NCBI GenBank assembly: GCA_043801595.1
Contig: JAZDLW010000004.1
Span: 1-27,601, forward strand
Direction of reading: 5' to 3'
DNA from: Candidatus Aenigmatarchaeota archaeon
Lineage (GTDB): Archaea; Aenigmatarchaeota; Aenigmatarchaeia; JACPZZ01
Length of the DNA stretch: 27,601 bases
The notes under the pieces were generated by a model. The model made no database searches. It saw only the letters and a program-made list of their open reading frames with translations, and was not told the origin of the DNA. This document shows, one piece after another, positions 1 through 8,110 of the stretch. A program made the translations under genes and the position numbers. The number at the start of each line of letters is the position of its first letter. Position 1 is the stretch's first letter.

Positions 1-122
1 TTGGTTTGAGGGCCTATCAATCGCACGGAAACCAAAACCGTACGGTTTTATCGCCCTTTAAATAAACTCGAACTCTTTTTCGAGCGTAATTGGATTTGTT
101 CCAAATTATAATATTGGGTAGC

Positions 123-131
123 CTTTATAAG
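123..131 (-). promoter_or_regulatory. TATA box (CTTATAAAG) with purine-rich BRE-like upstream sequence, driving a structured transcript that runs off the left edge
   Basis: Minus strand reads GATAGAAACG-CTTATAAAG; hairpin-rich sequence starts about 25 nt downstream. Confidence 0.5.
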
Positions 132-176
132 CGTTTCTATCACCCTGAATTGTGAATATTGATGTTTATCAGTCGT

Positions 177-476
177 TCATAGCCCGATAGCTGTTTTCGC
201 CTCTTCGCTCATCATGTTTATCGTCCATATGGGCTCCCAGACGATTTCGACGTGCGTTGAAAAGCCTGTTCCCTTTTCAACCTTGTCTTTCACGTCGCCG
301 GCCATTTGGCCTGTGAGCGGGCATCCCGGCGATGTAAAAGTCATTTTTATGGCAATCGTTTTTTTATCGTTGTCAACTTTTATTTCGTAGATAAGGCCCA
401 GATCGACTACGCTTATGGACAATTCAGGGTCATAACACGTCTTAAGAATTTCCTTCACGTTTTCTTCCGTAATCAT
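177..476 (-). CDS. DUF59/MIP18 family (SufT/PaaD-like) Fe-S cluster assembly protein
   Basis: Family motifs DPEL-x3-VVDLGLIY, TFTSPGCP and VWEPIW; 99 aa. Confidence 0.92.
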   Translation of the reverse strand: MITEENVKEILKTCYDPELSISVVDLGLIYEIKVDNDKKTIAIKMTFTSPGCPLTGQMAGDVKDKVEKGTGFSTHVEIVWEPIWTINMMSEEAKTAIGL

Positions 477-533
477 ATGCCGGATTTTGATTGCAAGATT
501 AATAAATCACTGTTTGGTTAATTTTTAACTTCT

Positions 534-564
534 TTGATTAAACTTTCTTTCGAAGAAAGTTTAT
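534..564. repeat. Short palindromic dispersed repeat (TTGATTAAACTTTCTT-TCG-AAGAAAGTTTAT)
   Basis: 11-bp perfect hairpin 539-549/553-563; near-identical copies at 12071-12099 and 12100-12125. Confidence 0.7.
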
Positions 565-1235
565 ATTATGCTTTTTATTCCCAGCAGGTCTTTTATGGTA
601 AAATCGGCTTCAACGTTTTCTTCGTGATTCGCGGATATGTGCTTCGAATGGTAATGGGTCATATTGCTGTTAAATGCGCAAAAGATTGTTCTTATTCCGA
701 TTTTTTTCGCTGATAGTATATCCTGTACGGGATTATCGCCGATCGAAAACGAGGATGCTGCATCACCGTTAAGCAGCATCAAACCGCGTTCGAAATGCTT
801 TCCTTCTGATTTCATTGCTTGCACGTCATCGCATGCTATAACTGCGTCAAACAGTTTTGACATTCCCGCATAATCCAACCGCAGTAATATCACGCTCCTT
901 ACTGCGTTTGTCGCCAATACGTTCACGTAACCTCTTTGTTTCGTATACTCCAGAATCTCCTTCGCGTACGGAAGCAGAACCAGTTTTTTCAGGTTCGACA
1001 TTTGATGGAATTTCCAGTCAACGTCCAGCGTTTTGCCGTGCAGTTTATAATCGTGCCATTTCCATGTGTTTTCCAGTTTTTTCAAATATGATTTGTATTT
1101 ATTTTCCGCCTCTTCGAAACTTATATTGTTCTTCCTGGCGATTTCCATCTCCATACTTTTGCATACGTTTTCATCAAGTTTCGACTCGTCAGCCAGCGTT
1201 CCGGTCCAATCCCAGAAAATTATCTTTTGCTTCAT
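561..1235 (-). CDS. HAD-superfamily hydrolase
   Basis: Motif I IFWDWTGTL, motif II LATN, motif III K, motif IV IGDNPVQDILSAKKIG. Confidence 0.88.
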   Translation of the reverse strand: MKQKIIFWDWTGTLADESKLDENVCKSMEMEIARKNNISFEEAENKYKSYLKKLENTWKWHDYKLHGKTLDVDWKFHQMSNLKKLVLLPYAKEILEYTKQRGYVNVLATNAVRSVILLRLDYAGMSKLFDAVIACDDVQAMKSEGKHFERGLMLLNGDAASSFSIGDNPVQDILSAKKIGIRTIFCAFNSNMTHYHSKHISANHEENVEADFTIKDLLGIKSII

Positions 1236-1258
1236 TTTATCAGATTAGAGGAGTATAA

Positions 1259-2326
1259 CTAAATATCCGATAATCGTTTCTGTTTACCGCCGAATTCCAG
1301 ATTCGAAACCCGCACGCCGACAAGCCGGATTTTTCTGCTCGTTTTCAGGAATTCATCCGCAAGTTTTGCCGCGATTTCTTTTATCATTTTTTCATCGTTC
1401 GAATGGGATTTAAGGCTTTCGGCTCGCGTATGTGTTTCAAAGTTAGAAAACCTGATTTTAAGCGTGACGGTCTTGAACACAGCCGTGGATTGCTTTAATT
1501 CCCCGTATAGGTCTGTGGAAAGAATGTTCAAAGTGTCAATGATTTCTTTTTTATCGCTGGTGTCAACATCAAACGTATGTTCCCTGTTAAACGATTTTAT
1601 CTCGCGATATTCTTCAACAGGACTCTCGTCAATTCCGTTTGCCAGAATATGGAAATATTCGCCCATGAAACCGAGCGTTTTTTTCAATTTTTCCGGGTCT
1701 GCCGAAGCGAGGTTTTTGATCGTTTTTATTCCCATTTCATTGAGTATTGCCTCTGTTTTCGGTCCTATTCCTCCTATCTTGCGCACGCTTTTTGGATTTA
1801 TGAAATTTTTTACATCTTCAGGCCTTACGACCGTCAACCCGTCCGGTTTGTTTTCGTCCGACGCAATCTTCGCTATCGTTTTATTCGGCGCTATTCCGAC
1901 AGACGCCGTGACGCGTTCTTTTTCATTTATCTTTTTTTTCAGTTCTTTTGCAATTTGTACTGCCTTTTCAAAACCGCCCGTCGAAGAAACGTCAAGTGAT
2001 GCTTCGTCAATTCCGGTTTGCTCGAATTTATCCGCCCTTTTCTTCAGTATTTCCATGACATTGGAAGATACTTTTTCGTAAAGCTCGAAATTCGGCCTTA
2101 GATAAACGCCTTCGGGACACAGTCTAAAGGCTGTTGATATCGGCATCGCCGAATGGATTCCGAATTTTCTGGCTTCGTAGTTTGCAGTTTGAACAACGCC
2201 CCGACCCTCCCCGCCTTTCGGGTCAGCGCCTATGATAACTGGCTTGCCCTTGAGGTTCGTGTTTTCCCGTTCTTCGCACGCTGCAAAAAAAGCGTCAAGA
2301 TCGACGTGCATTATTATTCTTTCCAT
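1259..2326 (-). CDS. dinB: DNA polymerase IV (Y-family, DinB/Dbh)
   Basis: HVDLDAFFAACE, ANYEARKFGIHSAM, GIDEASLD, KPDGL, GIGPKT, and little-finger IRLVGVRVSNL. Confidence 0.96.
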   Translation of the reverse strand: MERIIMHVDLDAFFAACEERENTNLKGKPVIIGADPKGGEGRGVVQTANYEARKFGIHSAMPISTAFRLCPEGVYLRPNFELYEKVSSNVMEILKKRADKFEQTGIDEASLDVSSTGGFEKAVQIAKELKKKINEKERVTASVGIAPNKTIAKIASDENKPDGLTVVRPEDVKNFINPKSVRKIGGIGPKTEAILNEMGIKTIKNLASADPEKLKKTLGFMGEYFHILANGIDESPVEEYREIKSFNREHTFDVDTSDKKEIIDTLNILSTDLYGELKQSTAVFKTVTLKIRFSNFETHTRAESLKSHSNDEKMIKEIAAKLADEFLKTSRKIRLVGVRVSNLEFGGKQKRLSDI

Positions 2327-2409
2327 AATCTTTGTTGCAATGCCGGATTAATCGGCTTTTCGCCAATGGTTTACCTATATGTATTGCTTAAATAGTTGCC
2401 CGCATTATC

Positions 2410-3255
2410 ATGACTGTGCATTCGGCCAAAAGCGAACTATACGTGCCTGAAAGAGGCGTGAAAGATGTTGTTTTAGACGTAGCTGGAAAGCTGAAACTCG
2501 GCAACAATGAAAGCGAGAAGATCGCTCGTTTGGCGGCTGATATTGAAAGAAACGACCGTTTGCCAAGTTATAGAAGTAGCAGAATCAAAGGAAACAGCAT
2601 TGTCCTTGAATGTTATGAAACGGATTATGCAACAAATCTGGCAATGCTTAAAGGCGAGATCCCCTCCGAAAGCGTTAAACCAATCTGCGTTATCGGAATT
2701 CCCGAACTGCGCAACGGGGTTGAAGCGAGTCACTCGAATCCTGCGCACGTTTACCGTGTTCTGAGGCAGAGCATCGCGGTGGGAAAGGTAAATAAAGCCT
2801 ATTCGACCGGAAAATTGCAAGGCATACCTGCAGGACTGGTGAATATCAACGAACTTGATTCTTCGATGTCGCCGCTTGCGTCATTTTACAATGAACTTTT
2901 CGAGGAAACAGGATTGAAGGACACTGACGTAGACAGCTTAAAATTCATTGGTATGGTATACGATATGGAGCACAGTCAACTTGCATTGGCATATCGCTAT
3001 GATACCAACAGAAACCGCGCTGATTTTGAAAAAGGAATGGCAACTGCAAAAGACCGCGGTGAATACGGGGAATTACACACAATAGAAGTCACCTCAATAC
3101 CAACCGATCTCGTAGGCTTTGTCATAAAGGAGAACAACGCTTTATCGCATTGCAAGGGAGCGGTTGCGCTTTACGCTATTGATAAGTTTCTCGATTATCA
3201 CATCTCAGACCTTTTGGTAGGTAAACAGGGAAAGCTGTTCAGTTGTTTTAAATAA
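2410..3255 (+). CDS. Divergent NUDIX-fold hydrolase
   Basis: Nudix-box-like G-LVNIN-E-(12 aa)-NELFEETGL; 281-aa ORF. Confidence 0.6.
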   Translation: MTVHSAKSELYVPERGVKDVVLDVAGKLKLGNNESEKIARLAADIERNDRLPSYRSSRIKGNSIVLECYETDYATNLAMLKGEIPSESVKPICVIGIPELRNGVEASHSNPAHVYRVLRQSIAVGKVNKAYSTGKLQGIPAGLVNINELDSSMSPLASFYNELFEETGLKDTDVDSLKFIGMVYDMEHSQLALAYRYDTNRNRADFEKGMATAKDRGEYGELHTIEVTSIPTDLVGFVIKENNALSHCKGAVALYAIDKFLDYHISDLLVGKQGKLFSCFK

Positions 3256-3274
3256 GAAAAACACAACATATAGT

Positions 3275-3889
3275 ATGAAGTATAGTTACAACAAGCCTTC
3301 CAATAAGATCGCGCTAGCAGTTTCGATTTTGGTTATCATTGCGATAATTTTCCTTGTTAATGCAAATAACCAACCAACACAGACAACGACTACGACTACA
3401 AATATTATTGTATGCACGCAGGATGCAAAATTATGTCCTGACAATAGTTATGTTTCACGCGATCCTGCAAACAATTGCCAATTTTTCGATTGTCCGGTTG
3501 CTACGACAACAACGATTACGACAACGACAATAACGACAACCACAACGGTTACGACAACAACAATCGCGGGCAACCAGCCACCAAACGTAATATCCGCAGC
3601 TGCTGTACCGAATCCGATAAGAACGGGAAGAGAAGTTACATTCAATGTCAACGTATCTGATGCGGAAAGCGAATTCGTCACAGCGAGCATATGCAAAAAT
3701 GCGCAGTGCACAGGCAGATATTGTACAGGACAGAGAAGCACAAATCCGATAGGTGCTTCTGTGACATGCACGTATGTGATACCGATTAGCATTGTTGGCC
3801 AGATAACGTTTTGGGCAATGGCACAGGAAGCTGGTCAATCGTCAACAACAGTTGGACCGTTTACGCTTAATGTTACGCAGGCGTACTGA
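3275..3889 (+). CDS. Membrane-anchored or secreted Thr-rich protein with a small Cys-rich module and an Ig-like C-terminal domain
   Basis: N-terminal TM helix IALAVSILVIIAIIFLV; CTQDAKLCPDNSYVSRDPANNCQFFDCP module; two poly-Thr linkers; beta-rich C-terminus. Confidence 0.8.
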   Translation: MKYSYNKPSNKIALAVSILVIIAIIFLVNANNQPTQTTTTTTNIIVCTQDAKLCPDNSYVSRDPANNCQFFDCPVATTTTITTTTITTTTTVTTTTIAGNQPPNVISAAAVPNPIRTGREVTFNVNVSDAESEFVTASICKNAQCTGRYCTGQRSTNPIGASVTCTYVIPISIVGQITFWAMAQEAGQSSTTVGPFTLNVTQAY

Positions 3890-3988
3890 TCTTCTGGCGG
3901 CCTATAAAATCGTAGCCAATTTTACAGGTAGTCATAGGAACGCGGTTCCTGAATTTAGGCTTAAATGTTTGTTGATCTTGAATCCATT

Positions 3989-5032
3989 ATGGAACATGTT
4001 TACGTTTCAGTTTCGGGAGCAGCAGGCTACATGGGACGAAACCACCTGAGCAAAATTTTGAAACTGCAGGAAGCCGGACAATGTGAATTGATCGCGGTAT
4101 GCGATCCTAAACTGGCAGACCTACAACATGAATATCATACAACCTTGAAACAGGTAAGAAAATTCGAGTATTTTGATGAAATGATAAACCACGGCGCGTA
4201 CGGCAACCACCTGGTTGTCATTTCGTCCCCTACGCAATGCCATGCCAACCAGTCAAAGAGCGCATTGGAATCCTCCTGCGTTAGTGCGGTTTTGTGCGAA
4301 AAGCCGATGGCAGAGTATTTTTTGCAGGCTGAAGATATCAGGGAAACGCAGAAATATGCGAAAAAACCGTTGATGATCACGACAACAGAACACTTCAACC
4401 CCGCATTCCAATACGCGAAAACGCTTCTTCCGCAAATAGGCGAAATCCGCCAAATAAACGCAAGGCGTATGCGCCCGCCATTGGAAGAAGGAAGGAAACC
4501 TGGTTTAGGTCGTTCAGCCAACGTAAGTTTCGATTGCGGAGTTCACGACATTGCAAATATGCTCGAGTTGTACGCCGAACACGGATATAACGGCGTCCGG
4601 ATTGTCGGAGATTCCATGGAAACGCAGGCGGTTAAACAAAACCCTGCAAAAGATTTTTTCACTGGCCGTTTCGATTTCACAATAGGATGCGGACCAAGAA
4701 AAAACAGGTTCACGCTGGACATCATGAATTCTTTCACAAGCGAAAAAAAGTACCGCGTTACAACCTTTCGCGGAAACGCTGGAGAACTAACCGTAGATTA
4801 CATTAAAAACTCAGTCAGATTGGTTACGCCGGAAAAGGATGTCACAACAACAATTAAGGGCGATTCCATGGAAAAAATGTATGAAGCCGTATTCGCGGAA
4901 ATGACTGTTCATAGCAGATATCCGATTTCGCTTGGTATAGCCAGCGGTGCCGTTTTGATCGCGAATAGCATGGCACCGAGGAATGAAGAAACTCGAAAAC
5001 ACGTTGATGAATCATTGGAATTCTGGCTTTGA
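3989..5032 (+). CDS. Gfo/Idh/MocA family oxidoreductase
   Basis: Rossmann motif VSGAAGYMG, VLCEKPM, DCGVHDI. Start placed at ATG 3989 because a TATA-like CTTAAAT at 3960-3966 overlaps the ORF-track start at 3965. Confidence 0.85.
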   Translation: MEHVYVSVSGAAGYMGRNHLSKILKLQEAGQCELIAVCDPKLADLQHEYHTTLKQVRKFEYFDEMINHGAYGNHLVVISSPTQCHANQSKSALESSCVSAVLCEKPMAEYFLQAEDIRETQKYAKKPLMITTTEHFNPAFQYAKTLLPQIGEIRQINARRMRPPLEEGRKPGLGRSANVSFDCGVHDIANMLELYAEHGYNGVRIVGDSMETQAVKQNPAKDFFTGRFDFTIGCGPRKNRFTLDIMNSFTSEKKYRVTTFRGNAGELTVDYIKNSVRLVTPEKDVTTTIKGDSMEKMYEAVFAEMTVHSRYPISLGIASGAVLIANSMAPRNEETRKHVDESLEFWL

Positions 5033-5245
5033 TCGCACCTTTTTCAGCTCGTCAAACGAGATCGCGTAATTGAGCAGAAGCATTGACGGATAATCGATGA
5101 TAATGTTGGTAATGTAATAAGCGGCGACAAAAGGATTGCGATGAACTTGCCCGACTTCAGCAATTAATCCGCTCGTTTCTCTAAAAGCAAATCCCAACCT
5201 GCTCTTGTACATTCTTCCAGGTTCGCATTCTGCATAATACGACAA
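5012..5245 (-). CDS. Hypothetical protein (doubtful)
   Basis: 77-aa ORF with TTG start filling the gap; no recognisable motif; overlaps the oxidoreductase 3' end by 21 nt. Confidence 0.3.
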   Translation of the reverse strand: MSYYAECEPGRMYKSRLGFAFRETSGLIAEVGQVHRNPFVAAYYITNIIIDYPSMLLLNYAISFDELKKVRSKPEFQ

Positions 5246-5312
5246 ACATACCGCCCGCCTTAGTCGATAGTTTTAAAACGAAGTTTAATTATAAAAAGGA
5301 ACATTTACACTA

Positions 5313-6503
5313 TTAAAATCTTTTTCTGTACCCGCCAAACGTTCTTCGGCGAAAACCGGACCTGCGTTCCTCTTGTTTGAAAGCAACCCGCTCAAACACG
5401 GGCTTTTCGGCCTTGGTTATCTTTAAACTCCGGTCGCGCAAAACCCGCGCAAAATTATCGTGGTCGCGTTCCGATAAAAGCGTAACAGCGTCACCTTCCT
5501 CGCCCGCTCTCGCAGTTCTTCCGACGCGGTGAATGTAATCGGACGACGATTTCGGGACGTCATAATTGTACACATGCGAAACGTTTCTGATATCAAGCCC
5601 GCGTGCAGCGACATCGGTCGCAACCAACGCTCTTATGGTTTCGTTCTTCAGCGCCTCTACGGATTTGAGCCTTTTATTCTGCTCCATTCCGCCGTGTATG
5701 GCTTCCGCGTTTATGTCCTGTGCTTTCAGATTTGTTGCGACAATGTCCGCTTCCCTTCGCGTTGCCACGAAAATAAGCGCTATGCCCTCTGCATTCTGCT
5801 TTAACAAATGGACAAGCAGTGAAAACTTGTCATACGGTTTTACGTCGTAATAAACATGCCTCAACAAACTCGTATCAACATAAACCACGCCTTTAATGGT
5901 AACAGGGGATACAAGATGCTTTTCAACTATGTGTTTTATTTCAGACGGCATTGTGGCGCTGAACAACATTGTCTGGCGCTTCTTCGGCGTAACCCTGATT
6001 ATCCGTTCAACGTCTTCTATGAAGCCCATTTCAAACAGCCTGTCCGCTTCGTCTATGACCAAAAACCTGACACGGTCAAATTTTATCGTTCCACGACTAA
6101 GATGGTCCAGAATTCTTCCTGGGGTGCCGACAACTATATCGGCTTTCCGTAGTGCCGATATTTGCGGTTCAATGGAAACCCCGCCAAAAACAGACGTTAC
6201 GCTGACACCAGTATATTTTCCAAAACTGCGCAGCGCTTCCGTGACTTGCACGCACAACTCCCTAGTGGGCGTTAAAATCAACGATTGTATGCCATTACCC
6301 AGTTCTATTTTTTCAAGTATTGGCAACCCGAATGCAAGCGTTTTTCCCGAACCCGTGCTCGACTGCCCGACAACGTCCTTGCCGTCGCGTATCAGCTGTA
6401 TGCATTTTTCCTGTATCTGCATTAACTCTGAAAAACCCAGTTCTGTTACGGCTTTCAATAATTGCGGATTTAATTTCAAATCTTCAAAATTCATTTTCAT
6501 CAT
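5313..6503 (-). CDS. DEAD-box ATP-dependent RNA helicase
   Basis: Q motif, TGSGKT, PTREL, TPGR, DEAD, SAT, ARGLD, HRVGRTAR; short Arg/Gly/aromatic tail. Confidence 0.97.
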   Translation of the reverse strand: MMKMNFEDLKLNPQLLKAVTELGFSELMQIQEKCIQLIRDGKDVVGQSSTGSGKTLAFGLPILEKIELGNGIQSLILTPTRELCVQVTEALRSFGKYTGVSVTSVFGGVSIEPQISALRKADIVVGTPGRILDHLSRGTIKFDRVRFLVIDEADRLFEMGFIEDVERIIRVTPKKRQTMLFSATMPSEIKHIVEKHLVSPVTIKGVVYVDTSLLRHVYYDVKPYDKFSLLVHLLKQNAEGIALIFVATRREADIVATNLKAQDINAEAIHGGMEQNKRLKSVEALKNETIRALVATDVAARGLDIRNVSHVYNYDVPKSSSDYIHRVGRTARAGEEGDAVTLLSERDHDNFARVLRDRSLKITKAEKPVFERVAFKQEERRSGFRRRTFGGYRKRF

Positions 6504-6543
6504 TTCTTCAATGTGCGTGTCCTACGTAATTAAGGCAGTGGTT

Positions 6544-6552
6544 CTTATAAAA
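6544..6552 (-). promoter_or_regulatory. Putative TATA box of the DEAD-box helicase gene
   Basis: TTTTATAAG about 40 nt upstream of the first ATG. Confidence 0.45.
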
Positions 6553-6586
6553 CCGATGCACAGCCTTAAACCGGACTTTTTAACTC

Positions 6587-6679
6587 TTATTTGCCTCTTT
6601 TTTTGCCCTTTCTTTTGCATCCAATAAGCCAGTGGCCGGATTTTCCGCAAATTAAACATTTTTTCACAATTTTCACCAT
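6587..6679 (-). CDS. CCHC zinc-knuckle microprotein (30 aa, or 26 aa from GTG 6667); not in the ORF track
   Basis: Translates as MVKIVKKCLICGKSGHWLIGCKRKGKKRGK*, an exact C-x2-C-x4-H-x4-C with GxxGHW; SD GGTGA 5 nt before GTG 6667; TATA-like TTTTTAAG at 6706-6713. Confidence 0.75.
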   Translation of the reverse strand: MVKIVKKCLICGKSGHWLIGCKRKGKKRGK

Positions 6680-6744
6680 TCCAATAAATATAATGTCCGC
6701 TTGGTCTTAAAAAGACTTTACGAAGGCTCTGTTTTCAAAGAATT

Positions 6745-7368
6745 CTATTTGTGATATTTTCTGAAAATGAAAAACGAATAAACAAACAACGCCATTACCG
6801 TTACTAGTATAGGAACGATTACAAAATAAATCGCCAAATTGCCTGCAAAAATCCCAAGCAACGTAATGACAGCGCTTGCTCGAATGACTTTACCGCCGAC
6901 TTCGTGCGTTTTTGTCCAAACCCTGTCGTCGCTCATGGTCCAGGGTGTGCGTATCCCTATTGACCAGTTTCTTTTTGCGTGTTCCATGACAACGCCAACG
7001 TAAAACAAAAAAACCGAAAAAGCCGGAATCATCGCAACTGAGAAATTGAACACGTACCCCGAATTCCACGCAATCGTTAATGTAAAAACGTACAGTAAGA
7101 ACGCGACTATCATGATCATGAAATTTTCATAATAGTTGCGGAATTTACTGATATTTTTTCCGAGCGGATCTATCATCGGCATTATTAAAAGCAATCCGTA
7201 AATTACCAGCGACAATACTGGCATTAGAAACATCAGCTGCGCCTTTGGCGCATAGCCGTTTACGTTTCCGTTCATGCCCCAGTGCGATGCCATGTTGTCA
7301 GGCATTGACGGATAGAAATAAAACGCTGTTAAAAAAGTCAAAACCACTATTGGCAAGGCGAGTTTCAT
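6745..7368 (-). CDS. SdpI/YhfL family membrane protein with DUF1648 N-terminus
   Basis: MPDNMASHWGMNGNVNGY and RNWSIGIRTPWTMSDDRVWTKTH motifs; about 6 TM helices. Confidence 0.9.
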   Translation of the reverse strand: MKLALPIVVLTFLTAFYFYPSMPDNMASHWGMNGNVNGYAPKAQLMFLMPVLSLVIYGLLLIMPMIDPLGKNISKFRNYYENFMIMIVAFLLYVFTLTIAWNSGYVFNFSVAMIPAFSVFLFYVGVVMEHAKRNWSIGIRTPWTMSDDRVWTKTHEVGGKVIRASAVITLLGIFAGNLAIYFVIVPILVTVMALFVYSFFIFRKYHK

Positions 7369-7424
7369 TTTAACAACCTATAGATATTACGCGTTTTGAT
7401 ATAAATTTTATTGAATATGTTCAA

Positions 7425-7613
7425 CGCTGCGGAAGGGATTTAAACCCTCGCGTGCTTGCGCACACTGGCTCTCTGGTCGCAGGGAAAAACATATGTTTGC
7501 AATTTACCCGAAGGTAAACTGTAATAGTTTTCTTTTGAAAACTATTTCCCTGCGAACAACTTGTTCCTATACATTCCAGACCAGCGCCGTGGACCTAGCT
7601 TGGCTACCGCAGC
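7425..7613 (-). tRNA. tRNA-Ser(GGA) with a 103-nt intron at 37/38 (intron 7471-7573)
   Basis: Acceptor GCTGCGG/CCGCAGC, G73, long variable arm, anticodon loop CT-GGA-A^A; helix CTGG/CCAG with 3' bulge AG^A; mature length 86 nt; CCA not encoded. Confidence 0.92.
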
Positions 7614-7640
7614 AATTATTTAATAGAATTAGGCGGTTCA

Positions 7641-7650
7641 GATTTAAAGG
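7641..7650 (-). promoter_or_regulatory. Putative TATA box of tRNA-Ser
   Basis: CCTTTAAATC about 30 nt upstream of tRNA G1. Confidence 0.45.
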
Positions 7651-7683
7651 CTGCATAAAAATAAAATATGAATGGTTACTTGC

Positions 7684-7995
7684 CTATAAACCTTGCATAC
7701 CGATATCATACTTTCGCGCTAATTTTTTAGCATGATAAGTTAACTGGGAAAAATTCCAATTAAGCGTGGACAGTCTTGCAAGGTCGACTTTCCATCCACC
7801 GTCGCTATCAGAACCTCGTTCGTTTCTCTTTTGCCAACTATAAAATCTTATATCCTTACCGCCTGTTTCGCCTTGCACGACCACTAATGCTGTTATTCTT
7901 CTCGGCGTTCTCTGAATATCAAAACCATCCAGAGGCGTATAGACATCTGCCACAGGATATAATTCTCTCAATTGTTCCGTAGTTCGTCCAGACAT
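7684..7995 (-). CDS. Hypothetical protein (103 aa)
   Basis: ATG-started ORF with TATA-like CTTAAAT about 23 nt upstream (leaderless spacing); no family recognised. Confidence 0.7.
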   Translation of the reverse strand: MSGRTTEQLRELYPVADVYTPLDGFDIQRTPRRITALVVVQGETGGKDIRFYSWQKRNERGSDSDGGWKVDLARLSTLNWNFSQLTYHAKKLARKYDIGMQGL

Positions 7996-8110
7996 GCTAC
8001 TATAACAACAGAAAGGGATTTAAGCCTCTTTCAAACAATGAAAAGCTAACGCTGATCTGGAAAAATATACCAGAGGCGTTTGCGCCCCCTAAACTAAAAG
8101 TAAACCGAAC

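Noticed and set aside
3502..3563. ACx triplet-like repeat
   Set aside because: Simply encodes the poly-Thr linker, with varied third codon positions.
7493..7735. 80-aa plus-strand ORF
   Set aside because: Antisense to tRNA-Ser and its intron; no protein features.
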